Of a stretch of 64,000 nt of DNA, positions 39,535 to 49,993 are shown in pieces (the first letter of the stretch is position 1; every line of letters begins with the position of its first letter). This DNA comes from an uncultured Desulfosarcina sp. (GTDB lineage Bacteria; Desulfobacterota; Desulfobacteria; Desulfobacterales; Desulfosarcinaceae). The notes below the pieces were generated by a model that was not told the origin of the DNA, ran no database searches, and saw only the letters and a list, made by a program, of their open reading frames with translations. The stretch covers positions 256,001 through 320,000 of the forward strand of contig CAXXWQ010000001.1 of assembly GCA_963674945.2 (NCBI GenBank). Direction: 5' to 3'. A program made the position numbers and the translations under genes.

Positions 39535-40014
39535 ATGATCCGACAGGCAACAAAAGAGGCACTCTTTCTCATCCTGATTTCCATCGGCCTGGCAATACTG
39601 GTGTATGCGGTCAGGTCCGATAAAGTGACGCTGCCGACGGTTGCGGGAATCGATGATTCTGCTACCGCAGTCACCCCAAAAAGCGTCGGCCCGTCAGAGA
39701 TCACCATTGAACAGGCACAACGCCTGTTCGAAAGTGATGCCGCTCTCTTTGCCGATGCCCGTAACCCAATCGACTTCGATGCGGGACATATCCGAGGGGC
39801 CGTTAACCTCTATGCGTTGGAGCCCGATGCATGGTTGCCCGATTTTTTCGTTACGACAGAACCGACGACTGTCATCGTCACCTATTGCGACGGCGAAGAT
39901 TGTCACCTGGCAAAGGATCTTGCCGTGATTCTGTTTAACAACGGTTTCGATCGGGTGCATCACTTGAAGGACGGTTGGGGGCAATGGAAAAGCCGGGGAT
40001 TGCCAATGGAATGA
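39535..40014 (+). CDS. Membrane-anchored rhodanese-like protein
   Basis: DAR...FDAGHIRGAVN, YCDGEDC and LKDGWGQW. Confidence 0.88.
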   Translation: MIRQATKEALFLILISIGLAILVYAVRSDKVTLPTVAGIDDSATAVTPKSVGPSEITIEQAQRLFESDAALFADARNPIDFDAGHIRGAVNLYALEPDAWLPDFFVTTEPTTVIVTYCDGEDCHLAKDLAVILFNNGFDRVHHLKDGWGQWKSRGLPME

Positions 40015-40103
40015 TGAGACGGTCGGTATCTCATTTCGCAGATTGATTCCGGTTTTTTGGCGACTGGGCGAAAGAAGTCATACAAACTTTTATCAACGAA
40101 GCA

Positions 40104-41522
40104 TTACCCCGTTTCGGGCTGCTGCTGTCGATAGGGCTGGGCCGTGATACCATAGCGACGCATGATTTGCTGCAATGCCTGGCGTTCGAGCCCGCAGGCG
40201 CGGGCCGCATGGGTCACATTTCCATTGTTTTGTGACAGCACATTGCCGATATATGCGGCGTTGAATCTTTTAAGATTGCTTTCCTTGGCGTCCTTATAGG
40301 GAAGATCGAGAAACGGCGTCATCTCCACCATGCCCAAGGGGGGAACCTTTGGCTCCAGTCCCACGTCTTTCAATGAGATTTCCTCTCCGGTGGAAAAGAG
40401 GATTCCTTGCAGGATCATGTTCTCCATTTCCCGTACGTTTCCCTCCCAGCGCCTGCCGACGAAAGCGCATATCAGTTCCTCCGAGAATTTTTTCAAAGGT
40501 TTTTTCAATTTGACACAATGCTTTTCGAGAAGGTGGTTTGCGATCAAAGGGATATCCTCGGGCCGCTCTCTAAGGGGTGGAAGCCGGATGGGAAGTACAT
40601 TGAGGCGGTAATAGAAATCTTCTCTGAACTCACCGGTTCTGATCTTCTGCTGCAGGTCCTGATTGGTGGAGGCAATGATACGAACATCCACGCGGATAGG
40701 ACGAGAATCCCCCAGCGGTTTGAGTTCCTTCTCCTGGAGCACCCGAAGCAGTTTGGTCTGGATGGTCGGCGTGATGTCTCCGATTTCATCCAGAAAGATG
40801 GTACCTGTATGGGCCTCCTGGAACATTCCCTTTCTGTTTCGGGTGGCGTGGGTAAACGCCCCCTTTTTGTAACCGAATAGTTCACTCTCCAAAATATGTT
40901 CCGGAACGGTGGGACAGTTTACGGCGATGAAGGGTCGTTTGCTGCGATTGCTCAAGGCATGAACCGCACGGGCGGTCAGATCCTTTCCCGTCCCTGATTC
41001 ACCTGTGATGAGGACGGTCAAATCGTTTTTGGCCACCATCCGGACGGTTTCGTAGACCCGCTGCATGGACCGGCTTTTTCCGACCATCTCCTGGAACATG
41101 TCGGTGGAGCTGCACTCGTGGTGAAGGCGTATATTTTCTTTGAGAAGACGACTGCGTTCGAAGGCTTTCTCCAGCCGCATCACCAACGCATCGTGGTCGA
41201 AGGGTTTGGTAATGAAATCGTAGGCACCACGTTTCATGGCCTCCACGGCCATATCGATGTGACCGAAAGCGGTCATCATGACAACGGTAATTTCTTCTCC
41301 CCTGTCCGATTTTATTCTTTCCAGCAGATCGAGGCCGCTGATGCCGGGCATTTTGATGTCGGCGAGTACCAGGTCGTAATCGGTGGCATTTATCATGGCC
41401 AGGGCGACTTCGCCCGAAGAAGCCGTGTCCACTTCACATCTCAGTTCCGGTGCCAGGCTGCGTTTGAGCAGGTTAAGCATGTCCGGTTCGTCATCGACAA
41501 TGAGAAGGTGCTGTACCGTCAT
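40104..41522 (-). CDS. Sigma54-dependent response regulator (REC, AAA+, Fis HTH)
   Basis: IVDDE, DIKMP, GESGTGKD, ESELFGYKKGAFTHA, LDEIGD and WEGNVREMEN. Confidence 0.95.
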   Translation of the reverse strand: MTVQHLLIVDDEPDMLNLLKRSLAPELRCEVDTASSGEVALAMINATDYDLVLADIKMPGISGLDLLERIKSDRGEEITVVMMTAFGHIDMAVEAMKRGAYDFITKPFDHDALVMRLEKAFERSRLLKENIRLHHECSSTDMFQEMVGKSRSMQRVYETVRMVAKNDLTVLITGESGTGKDLTARAVHALSNRSKRPFIAVNCPTVPEHILESELFGYKKGAFTHATRNRKGMFQEAHTGTIFLDEIGDITPTIQTKLLRVLQEKELKPLGDSRPIRVDVRIIASTNQDLQQKIRTGEFREDFYYRLNVLPIRLPPLRERPEDIPLIANHLLEKHCVKLKKPLKKFSEELICAFVGRRWEGNVREMENMILQGILFSTGEEISLKDVGLEPKVPPLGMVEMTPFLDLPYKDAKESNLKRFNAAYIGNVLSQNNGNVTHAARACGLERQALQQIMRRYGITAQPYRQQQPETG

Positions 41523-43039
41523 TGTGTTTCTCCCGAAAAAGAGTGTGTTATGGGCAAAGACAAGGTAAACGAGGCACCGTGGCCGGGTGTGCTTCTGACG
41601 GTGATGTTGCCGCCATGGCTTTTAATGATGCCATAGCTGACCGACAGTCCAAGGCCGGTTCCTTCGCCTGTGGGCTTGGTGGTGAAAAAGGGGTCGAAAA
41701 TACGGGGCAAATTCTCTTTTACGATACCATGGCCCGTATCCGAGAATTCCACCGTAACACGACTGCCCGCCTCGTTCTGCCCGGTGGCAATCCTGATGGT
41801 TCCTTTCGGCCTCACGGCATGAATGGCATTCATCAGCAAATTGATGAGCACCTGTTTGATTTTCTTCTCATCCATGAGGATTGAAGGCAGATTCTGTGAG
41901 AAATCAGTCTCGATTCGGATGTTCTCCAGGTTGCTATGGTGGCGCACGAATCCGATTACCTCCTCGATAACCGTTTGAATATACAGGTTTTCCTTTTCCG
42001 GACTCGATGTCCGCGCAAAGTTGAGCAGGTCCTCCACGATCGCCTTGCACGTCTTGACGTGTTTTTCGATGGTTCTCAGGTCATCGTACCGGTCCGAACT
42101 TTCATCTTCCCCCCGCAAAAGCAGTTGGGTATACCCTAAAATGATGCCCAGCGGGTTGTTGATTTCATGGGCGATACCCGAAGAGAGCTCACCGATGGAT
42201 GCCAGCTTGTCCGCCTGGGCCATCTGTTTTTGCATCAAACGACGCTGTTCGATGTCCTTGATCAGAAAGTGTATGGTCCCTCCTTCTTCCAGGGGTGTCT
42301 TGGCAAGGCTGCCCGACAGCAGCACCCGGCGCCGTGTACCGTCTTTTATTACGAGGTCGAACTCCTCGCTGGAGATGAAACCACGATCCTCGATGTGCCG
42401 TCTGATGGCCTCCCAATCCCTTGTGTCGGATAGAAACTCCGTAAAACGGTGTCCCTCGATGCTTTCTCCATCGGAAAGGCAAAGTCCCACCATCATTTTC
42501 CCGGCCGGGTTCAGGTTGAGAATTCGTCCGCAGGTGGTGGTCACCATGATCATGTCTTTGGATACCTCGAAGATCCGCCGGTATTTCTGTTCTGAAATCG
42601 CCAGTGCCTCGGTGCGTTTCTCCACCAATTGTTCCAGATTCTGATTCAGATACAAAAGCTCTTCATGTGCGGTCTGAAGGGCCTGTCGATCTTTTAGAAT
42701 CGTTTTGTAGATGGTCCATGTGCGTTCGAAATATAGGGTTACCGACGCCACGACGATAAAAGTGAATGTGTTGATGGCACCGGAAAAGGGTTGAATCTTT
42801 GCCCAAACATCCTGACGGTCCGACAAGAGGAGGAGCTGCTTGAGCAGGTGGCCGGCAGATCGGGAAATGGCGAAGACGGACAGTGCGAGGCACACCCACA
42901 GCAGATAGGCGACGATGATGTCATTGGGTGCCTTTTTCTTAAGGCGACGGCTTAATCCGAAGCCGAGAAAGGCGAATACGATCATCAGGATGGAGCCCAC
43001 CACATCGACGATCCAGATGGGAATGAGCGTTACGTTCAT
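41519..43039 (-). CDS. Membrane PAS sensor histidine kinase
   Basis: AHEINNPL, NLLMNA, DTGHG and FFTTKPTGEGTGLGL. ATGA overlap with both neighbours. Confidence 0.93.
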   Translation of the reverse strand: MNVTLIPIWIVDVVGSILMIVFAFLGFGLSRRLKKKAPNDIIVAYLLWVCLALSVFAISRSAGHLLKQLLLLSDRQDVWAKIQPFSGAINTFTFIVVASVTLYFERTWTIYKTILKDRQALQTAHEELLYLNQNLEQLVEKRTEALAISEQKYRRIFEVSKDMIMVTTTCGRILNLNPAGKMMVGLCLSDGESIEGHRFTEFLSDTRDWEAIRRHIEDRGFISSEEFDLVIKDGTRRRVLLSGSLAKTPLEEGGTIHFLIKDIEQRRLMQKQMAQADKLASIGELSSGIAHEINNPLGIILGYTQLLLRGEDESSDRYDDLRTIEKHVKTCKAIVEDLLNFARTSSPEKENLYIQTVIEEVIGFVRHHSNLENIRIETDFSQNLPSILMDEKKIKQVLINLLMNAIHAVRPKGTIRIATGQNEAGSRVTVEFSDTGHGIVKENLPRIFDPFFTTKPTGEGTGLGLSVSYGIIKSHGGNITVRSTPGHGASFTLSLPITHSFSGETQ

Positions 43040-43539
43040 CGGCGGATATCCTCGGAGGCCTGGCCCAAAGGATGTTTTTTCAGCATATGGCGCAGGCCCA
43101 GCCACAGGCAGATCATTGCCGGTACGCAGAGCAGATGGTCCAGTTTCGCCAGGTAGTAGGTGCGTGCCAGCCAGTCTCGATTGCCGGTCGTGGTGAGGCG
43201 AATATGCCAGTCGTCCAGGGTTTTCACGCCAACGGCCAGCATCTGCTCATCGAGAAAATGTACCAAAATGGTATCGATATTCCAGAAAATGAAAAACAGG
43301 GCAGCGTATTGGATGTATCGCCATCCGGGTTCTCTGACCAGATCGGCCCGCCTGAGCCAGTAGATCAAAAGAACCATGGAGAAGAGAAAGAACAGATGGG
43401 CGATCTGATGCACCCATACACCCTCGATGCCACCGTGGCCCTGGGTGGCGAGCACGGGCATGCCATTGAGCATGATTAGGAAAAAACAAGCAGCTGGAGG
43501 CGTGAAACGGTAAAAATGGTCCTTGAGAATTCTAATCAT
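43036..43539 (-). CDS. Hypothetical membrane protein, translationally coupled to the kinase
   Basis: ATQGHGGIEGVWVHQIAH with several TM segments; its stop overlaps the kinase start. Confidence 0.75.
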   Translation of the reverse strand: MIRILKDHFYRFTPPAACFFLIMLNGMPVLATQGHGGIEGVWVHQIAHLFFLFSMVLLIYWLRRADLVREPGWRYIQYAALFFIFWNIDTILVHFLDEQMLAVGVKTLDDWHIRLTTTGNRDWLARTYYLAKLDHLLCVPAMICLWLGLRHMLKKHPLGQASEDIRR

Positions 43540-43634
43540 TTGCCAACTTGCACCAATGGATTCTGGATCGTAATTGCCGGTTGTACTCCAAGCCGTGATG
43601 GCTGCCGGCTTATAAGGGGATGGTTCGCATTTTC

Positions 43635-44198
43635 TTAGCTGGAGGATTTTTCAGCTTCGTCCAGCATTTTTTGAACGCCATTGAAATAGGGTAGATAGGG
43701 TCGCATATACTTAAATAGAATACGGCTGAGAATATACATGGGGATGAAGGAAAACATGCATCCCACGCCTTCTTTAAAAACAATGGAAAAAGGTGGCGCG
43801 ATGAGGAAATTGACATCTGCGAACCGCGTATTCAACCACCCCATGGCAAAGGGAAGAGGCCATAGGATGCCTGCGCTATGGGCTACCATGGTGAAAAAAT
43901 TTTTCCCCCAGGCATCGGTAGCCTCTTTGTTCAGGGCCTTGTAACTCTTCTTGTCCCCCGACTTATAGGCGACCAGTGAGAGGCGTTCTTTTTCCAGCAT
44001 CTCCGCCGTCATCTGATCAACATAGCGTTTGTTGAACTTCAGGGCCAGGGATATGGAAAGCTCCCCGATGATCACACACAAGAAGGATAAAACAAAGGTG
44101 CCGATCAGGTAATTGATAATCGGGATGCCTGTCAACCGGTAGAAGAAGATTAAAAAAGCATCGGAAATCAGATAAAGCTGATGCAAGAAAGTTTCCAT
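43635..44198 (-). CDS. Hypothetical membrane protein
   Basis: About 3 TM segments; KSYKALNKEATDAWGK...LWPLPFAMGW. Confidence 0.75.
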   Translation of the reverse strand: METFLHQLYLISDAFLIFFYRLTGIPIINYLIGTFVLSFLCVIIGELSISLALKFNKRYVDQMTAEMLEKERLSLVAYKSGDKKSYKALNKEATDAWGKNFFTMVAHSAGILWPLPFAMGWLNTRFADVNFLIAPPFSIVFKEGVGCMFSFIPMYILSRILFKYMRPYLPYFNGVQKMLDEAEKSSS

Positions 44199-44214
44199 AG
44201 TCCAGTAAGTAAGT

Positions 44215-44254
44215 AAAACCGGTGCCGGTGCATGGGTGGCCGGCACCGGTTTTT
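44215..44254. terminator. Intra-operon terminator-like hairpin after tauE
   Basis: AAAACCGGTGCCGG-N11-CCGGCACCGGTTTT, with U-runs on both strands. Confidence 0.7.
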
Positions 44255-44281
44255 ATCGTTCAATGACGCGTCTAGTTGCGA

Positions 44282-45430
44282 CTACAGCATTGCAATTCCG
44301 AAAAAGCCTCGCAAGGTGTACCGCAGGCCGATATAGAAAGCCAGAACGAGGAAGATCCACTTGAGAACCCTCTCCGGGATGTATTTGCCGGTGCGCGGTC
44401 CGATCATGGAACCCACGAAAATACCAACTAGTTCTGCACCGATCATGGGCCAGTAGACCATGACGCCCTTTAGCACCATGAAGTTAAAAATAGAGAAGAT
44501 CATTCCGATCAATACGGACAGAGCTGATGTCCCCGCCACCACGAACATGGGCAAGCCAACGACGCTGGTGAGGAAGGGCACGTAGAGAAAACCGCCGCCA
44601 ACGCCGATGAAGGAGGCCAAGGCCGAGATCAGAAAGCCGCCCACAAAAGCCCATATGGGGCTAAAGGAGAATGTCTGTCCGAAAAAGGAAATTTCAGTTT
44701 TGGCAAGGCTCCATTTTAGGGTTTTGACACCCTGTGCTGTGATATCACCACCGGCTTTCATGGTATCCTCGAAAGCCTTTGCGGCTGCCTTGGCCGCTTT
44801 CTTGGAGGCCTGTCCCTTGGGACTCATCTCGTAAATCATGAAAGCCGCGATTAGAAAAACGACGAGCCCGAAGAATCCCTGATACTGAGAAAATTTAATT
44901 TTGCCGGCGGTGGTGAAGACGACCAGCAGGGTTGCAAAAAGGGCACCGATGCCAAGGAAAAAGCCCAGGGCCGGTACCAACCGTTTTTGTTTATAGTAGT
45001 TGAAGCTGGAAACCAGAGCGGAAAGTCCAACCAACCACTGGTTGGATACGCGGATGCTGTCGGTGACGAATTTGTTCAGCCCCGGAGCGGTCTCTTTGAA
45101 AGTTTTGGCATAGGCACCCAACCCGTAAATGGTGATGTGCCCGACACCGGCCATGATCCCGCCGAACGCACCGACGGTGGAGAAGATCCAGCCCACCCAG
45201 ATGGCCCAGAAGAAAGCCCCTATCAGGTTGACATTGGGGGCGCCGGGAATACCGAAGATACCTGGTTTGGCATTGGGGTCGATATGACCTTTTTCAGTTC
45301 CCTGAGGCACTTTGGCAATGGCTTCCTCCAGGCTGGCGGCCGTCGCATTACCGGCAGTGAGCATTACCGGTGCAACCACAACCGAAAACAGTAACAACAT
45401 TACAATGGGCAAAATACACTTTTTTTTCAT
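44282..45430 (-). CDS. TauE/SafE-family (TSUP) transporter with N-terminal extension
   Basis: VGAFGGIMAG, FIGVGGGFLYVP and VAGTSA; GGAGG RBS. Confidence 0.88.
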   Translation of the reverse strand: MKKKCILPIVMLLLFSVVVAPVMLTAGNATAASLEEAIAKVPQGTEKGHIDPNAKPGIFGIPGAPNVNLIGAFFWAIWVGWIFSTVGAFGGIMAGVGHITIYGLGAYAKTFKETAPGLNKFVTDSIRVSNQWLVGLSALVSSFNYYKQKRLVPALGFFLGIGALFATLLVVFTTAGKIKFSQYQGFFGLVVFLIAAFMIYEMSPKGQASKKAAKAAAKAFEDTMKAGGDITAQGVKTLKWSLAKTEISFFGQTFSFSPIWAFVGGFLISALASFIGVGGGFLYVPFLTSVVGLPMFVVAGTSALSVLIGMIFSIFNFMVLKGVMVYWPMIGAELVGIFVGSMIGPRTGKYIPERVLKWIFLVLAFYIGLRYTLRGFFGIAML

Positions 45431-45587
45431 GGATAACCTCCCGGGTGTGAATTATATTGACCGAACTCCTTTTGGCCTTGGCCATCATTGCTTGTCTGGA
45501 AAATGATGTCTCTCCACTTACGCGATTCATCGCTTTGTTTTCCTACTATCACCTCCTGTCTCACCATTAAAAAGTTGTTTGATGAAG

Positions 45588-45603
45588 AGCAACTTACATG
45601 CCA
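45588..45603 (-). promoter_or_regulatory. Sigma54 promoter of the tauE operon
   Basis: Minus strand reads TGGCATGTAAGTTGCT. Confidence 0.8.
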
Positions 45604-45927
45604 GCCGGGTATTGATCGGGCAAATGCCGAGAGCGTTTGAAAATCCTGTCTTAACAGAACGATATGCTTATCTGGAATCGGTTATGGAAGTTATGGCGAT
45701 CGTTGAAGTGCCGCGCAACAATTTTATTGTGCAATATATTTTTTTCATTTCATCCATTTTGTTGATTATACTATATTTTCAAAAAGCATTTAAACGCAAT
45801 AATAATATTTCACTGCCAATAATAGTTTGCGTTTATTGGTGTCATTCTATCGATCCCGCATCCAATGGATTACCGCAACTCAGCTTATCAACTTATATCT
45901 GTCTGAATTAATGGTATATTTTTCCTA

Positions 45928-45955
45928 TTGCGGTATTCCCTTGCTTGCCTATAAT
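45928..45955 (+). promoter_or_regulatory. Possible sigma70 promoter of the Fe-S oxidoreductase genes
   Basis: TTGCGG-N16-TATAAT. Confidence 0.4.
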
Positions 45956-46091
45956 GAAGGTATATGATGGTATATCATTTGCTTGTTTTTTAACGTTTCA
46001 ATGAAATGTTCATTCAACGGGATGCCGGTTACCAAGGCTTGTCGGAGCCATTGGCCAGCGACGGCAATCGGTCAATCAGGATGCGAGGATC

Positions 46092-46610
46092 ATGAGTAAA
46101 TATTACTTGTTTCAGGACACCAAGAAATGCATCGGATGTCATGCCTGTGAAGTGCAGTGCAAGGCCAACAAGAACCTGCCCATCGGACCGAGATTGTGTC
46201 AGATTATTCAGGTGGGCCCAAAGATGATCGGTGGGCTCCCAAGGGCGGCCTACATTTTCATGCCCTGTTTCCACTGCGAGAATCCCTGGTGTGTCGCCGC
46301 TTGTCCCACCGGTGCCATGCAGCAACGCAGTCAAGACGGAATCGTTTTCGTGGATCAAAGCCTTTGCGTGGGCTGCAAGACCTGCATCTCCGCTTGCCCC
46401 TGGGGGGCGCCCCAGTGGAATCCGGAAACGGGAAAGGTGGTCAAATGCGACTACTGCATCGATCGTGTGGACCGGGGGCTGGAGCCCGCATGCGTGACCA
46501 CCTGTACGACCCATTGTCTGAAGTTCGGCAAGGTGGAGGAGATGACGCAGATCCGACGCGAACGTCATGCCCAGACCGTTGCATCTTTGGAGCACACTGC
46601 CTTTTCGTAA
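46092..46610 (+). CDS. 4x[4Fe-4S] electron-transfer protein (DmsB/PsrB/CooF type)
   Basis: CIGCHACEVQC, CFHCENPWCVAAC, CVGCKTCISAC and KCDYC...PACVTTC. Confidence 0.92.
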   Translation: MSKYYLFQDTKKCIGCHACEVQCKANKNLPIGPRLCQIIQVGPKMIGGLPRAAYIFMPCFHCENPWCVAACPTGAMQQRSQDGIVFVDQSLCVGCKTCISACPWGAPQWNPETGKVVKCDYCIDRVDRGLEPACVTTCTTHCLKFGKVEEMTQIRRERHAQTVASLEHTAFS

Positions 46611-46624
46611 CTTAGGGGGCTTTC

Positions 46625-48781
46625 ATGTCTTCAACCCAATGTCCGGTAACACAATGCATCCATTATATTGATGACCAGATCTCAGGTGGGGCAATCAAGA
46701 TACCCAAAAGCCGGAGATTGGCCGAAGAGATTCATAGCCTCTTAAATGATGTGGCCTGGGGAAGGGCCGGAAACGATCACCTGTCTGCCATTCATAAGTT
46801 AATTCAGGATTTGCACAATGATCGCGATGAAGAGCAAGGTTTTCGACTGGGTCAATATCTTCATGGAATGGTGACGGAGAATGGGGAAGTTTTCGAAAGC
46901 CATGTGAAGACCCACAACTGTCCCAGCGGAACCTGTGAATGGTTGACGCCGGCGCCTTGCCAGATGGCCTGCCCGGCGGGGATCGATGTGCCCACCTACG
47001 TGACGTTGATCGGCCAGGGAAAGGATGCCGAGGCCATTGACGTGATCCGAAAGGACAATCCCTTTCCATGGGTTTGTGGATTGGTCTGTACGCGGCCCTG
47101 CGAGTTCATGTGCGTTCGCGGGCGTATGGATACGGCTGTCTCCATTAAATTTCTCAAGGGGTTCGCCGCCGAACGGGCCATGTCCGAAGGCAGTTATCGG
47201 AATCCCGACAAGGAACACGAAAACGGAAAACGCGTCTGCATCGTCGGAGCCGGGCCGGGGGGCCTAAGTGCGGCCTATTACCTGGCGCTCAAAGGATACG
47301 CCGTGCACGTCGTGGAAGCACTACCCATGGCCGGTGGTATGATCATGGTGGGCATCCCCCGTTATCGGCTCCCCAGAGAGGTGATCGACAGGGAAGTTGC
47401 CATGTTGGAGGATTTGGGCGTTACCTTCTCCTTTAATACGCGGTTCGGCCGGGATGTCACCCTCGATGATTTGAAACGAAAGGGATACGAGGCCTTCTTC
47501 TTCGCCATCGGTGCCCATAAGGCCTATACCCTGGGGATCGAAGGAGAGAAAACCTATCCCCAAACCATTGAAGCCATTGACCTTTTGCGCCGGGTTGCCT
47601 TGGGTGATCGTCGAATCCCCGGCAAACATGTGGTCGTGGTGGGTGGCGGAAACGTGGCCATCGACGCTGCCCGAACCTGCCTTCGATTGGGTTGCCCGGA
47701 AGTGACCATCGCCTACCGGCGTACCCGGCACGAAATGCCGGCAGACGAGGAGGAGGTGGAACAGGCCGAGGAAGAGGGCGTTCGTTTCTCCTTCCTTACC
47801 ATACCCGGCGAGATCGAAGGAGAGAACGGTTGCCTCACCGGGCTCAAGTGTGTCCGCGCCCAGTTGGTCAAGCGGGAGGGAAGCAGCCGCATGTCACCCG
47901 TACCCGTATTGGGCAGTGAATACGTAATGGATGCCGACGTGGTGATCAGTGCCATCGGCCAGAAGGTGGACCAGCATGCGCTGGCGGAAATGAAGGAATT
48001 GGGGTGGACCCGGCGCGGTACCATCGATGTGAACATGGTCACCATGGAGACTTCCATCCCTGGCGTGTTCGCGGCCGGTGACGCGGTCACCGGACCCGCG
48101 ACGGTGATCGAAGCCATCGGTGGCGGAAAGCGGGCGGCAGAGGCCATCGACCGTTATATGCTCGGTATCCCCCAACCCCAGATGCCGCCGGTTCCCGTTC
48201 GTCGGCGAAGGGAACCCTGCATCGAGGTGCCGGCAAGCACGAAAACGGTCATCAAGCGTCCCGTCATGGACATGTTGAATCTGGATCGCCGCCGAACCAC
48301 TTTCCAGCAGGTGGAGTTGGGATACACGGAGAACATGGTCCGGGAGGAGGCCAGACGGTGCCTGCGGTGTGATATCTGCCGCCGGTGTGGCCGATGTGTG
48401 GAGATCTGCCGTGACAAGATGGGAATCAGCGCCCTCGAACTGGGGTATCTGGAATTCGATAATCCCGGAAAAACGGATCTCCGTATTACCGAGGAGCGTT
48501 GTATCGCCTGTGGTGCATGTGCCGCCAATTGCCCCACGGGGGCCATGCGTATCGAGGATCGGGGCGATGAACGGTTGTTGATTTTGTGTGGAACGATTCT
48601 AAATCGGCAGAAACTGGTCTTTTGCGATTCCTGTGGAAAGGCCATGGGGCCGAAAAAGTATTTGGATTTCATTAAAAACCGTGTGAAGCCGGTGGGGCAG
48701 GTTGCCGCGGATACACTGATCTGCGAGGCGTGTGCCAGAAACCAGTCGGCACGGTTCGGGGCCGATACGATGCCGGTTTAG
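46625..48781 (+). CDS. GltD/NfnB/SfrB-like FAD- and NADPH-dependent oxidoreductase with extra Fe-S domains
   Basis: PCQMACPAG...CGLVC..PCE..C; GAGPGG; GGGNVAIDAAR...YRRT; EARRCLRC; two C-terminal ferredoxin motifs. Confidence 0.9.
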   Translation: MSSTQCPVTQCIHYIDDQISGGAIKIPKSRRLAEEIHSLLNDVAWGRAGNDHLSAIHKLIQDLHNDRDEEQGFRLGQYLHGMVTENGEVFESHVKTHNCPSGTCEWLTPAPCQMACPAGIDVPTYVTLIGQGKDAEAIDVIRKDNPFPWVCGLVCTRPCEFMCVRGRMDTAVSIKFLKGFAAERAMSEGSYRNPDKEHENGKRVCIVGAGPGGLSAAYYLALKGYAVHVVEALPMAGGMIMVGIPRYRLPREVIDREVAMLEDLGVTFSFNTRFGRDVTLDDLKRKGYEAFFFAIGAHKAYTLGIEGEKTYPQTIEAIDLLRRVALGDRRIPGKHVVVVGGGNVAIDAARTCLRLGCPEVTIAYRRTRHEMPADEEEVEQAEEEGVRFSFLTIPGEIEGENGCLTGLKCVRAQLVKREGSSRMSPVPVLGSEYVMDADVVISAIGQKVDQHALAEMKELGWTRRGTIDVNMVTMETSIPGVFAAGDAVTGPATVIEAIGGGKRAAEAIDRYMLGIPQPQMPPVPVRRRREPCIEVPASTKTVIKRPVMDMLNLDRRRTTFQQVELGYTENMVREEARRCLRCDICRRCGRCVEICRDKMGISALELGYLEFDNPGKTDLRITEERCIACGACAANCPTGAMRIEDRGDERLLILCGTILNRQKLVFCDSCGKAMGPKKYLDFIKNRVKPVGQVAADTLICEACARNQSARFGADTMPV

Positions 48782-48981
48782 GCGCTACAATATCTGCTGT
48801 GTTCTTGACGATATGGTGTTCTGAGACTTCTAAAGAACTCGTTGGTCAATACAAATGAATAGATGCTTTTTATAAAAAGCTTTTCCCGTTCAGTCAGTCG
48901 GCAAAGAAATGGAAGAATGCGTTTCTTTCGAAATGCTGTTTGGCCATCTTTGGCCTGGAAACGCTTTTTAAGGAGGCGGTA

Positions 48982-49194
48982 ATGATTTTTCGCAAAGGCC
49001 AAAAGGTCGAAGTATTCAAACGAAGCCAGGACGAAAGCTGGGAAGCCTACATGGACTGTTTCATCGGCTTGCATGGCATCATCACCGATCCGGATACGGC
49101 CATTAACGACCCGGATGCATTGATTGAAGTGAGCCTGGACGGAAAGGGAACCCACCGACTTCCCCAGGATTGTCTGAAGCCCCTGGACGACTGA
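48982..49194 (+). CDS. Small hypothetical protein (SH3-like pattern)
   Basis: AAGGAGG RBS; MIFRKGQKVEVF...HRLPQDCL. Confidence 0.75.
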   Translation: MIFRKGQKVEVFKRSQDESWEAYMDCFIGLHGIITDPDTAINDPDALIEVSLDGKGTHRLPQDCLKPLDD

Positions 49195-49257
49195 TAAATA
49201 CAGTGCCCTTTCAGTCGGTTGCCGTTATCAATGGGTTTATAGGGCCTTTTCTATATC

Positions 49258-49400
49258 AGTGTTCATCCAGAAATGGGAAAATTTGTTCGAGATCAAGGCG
49301 CACGAAAAATTTAACCGGAGACATATGTTTGATATTTCGAGGATTAAATTTTTTGCGCAACGCCGATATCGGGCAAATTAGCCATTTCTGGATGGGCACT
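49258..49400. repeat. REP/MITE-like intergenic element (family B)
   Basis: Terminal inverted repeats AGTGTTCATCCAGAAATGG/CCATTTCTGGATGGGCACT (17/19). One end recurs at 50777-50811. Confidence 0.8.
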
Positions 49401-49423
49401 ATCTGATGAGGAGAACTTGGTCA

Positions 49424-49873
49424 ATGCATGTCAAGGACGTAATCAAACAGAAGCATCGGGTGGCCCACACCATTGTTTCGGATAAAACAGCCGAAGATGC
49501 CATCGTTCAAATGACGGAGCGACAGACCTCGGCAATTATCGTGATGGATGGCGAGGTACCCGTGGGAATTTTTACCGAAAGGGACGTCTTGCGATGCCAT
49601 GTGAGGTGGCGAGGCCGTCTCTTTCGTGAAATGCCACTTACCGAGGCCATGACCGACAAGCTGATCGTGGCCCAACCAGAAGATCTGGTGAGCAGCGCCA
49701 TGGCCATGATGATCCAGGCCGACATCCGGCATCTGCCGGTGGTGGAAAATCAGCGGATCATCGGCATTGTGACGATTTCCGATCTGGTTAAGCATCACGT
49801 GGGTGAACTTACTGCGGAACTTCACTACCTCCAGGAGTATATCACCGATCTCCAAGACGCGGTACATGATTGA
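49424..49873 (+). CDS. CBS-domain pair protein
   Basis: VGIFTERDVL...IRHLPVVE...IGIVTISDLVK. Confidence 0.92.
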   Translation: MHVKDVIKQKHRVAHTIVSDKTAEDAIVQMTERQTSAIIVMDGEVPVGIFTERDVLRCHVRWRGRLFREMPLTEAMTDKLIVAQPEDLVSSAMAMMIQADIRHLPVVENQRIIGIVTISDLVKHHVGELTAELHYLQEYITDLQDAVHD

Positions 49874-49961
49874 CGATTTCGTAAAGAACCCGATATCTGC
49901 GTTACGCCGAACCCCTCGTCAGTGCGGAGTACTTCATGTACGCCTCCTTTACGAAATCGTC
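49872..49961. repeat. Internally deleted copy of the family A element
   Basis: Perfect 15-bp TIR GACGATTTCGTAAAG/CTTTACGAAATCGTC; overlaps the TGA stop of the CBS gene. Confidence 0.8.
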
Positions 49962-49993
49962 CAACATTTTCGTTGTTTGCGAAGGACTGAATC

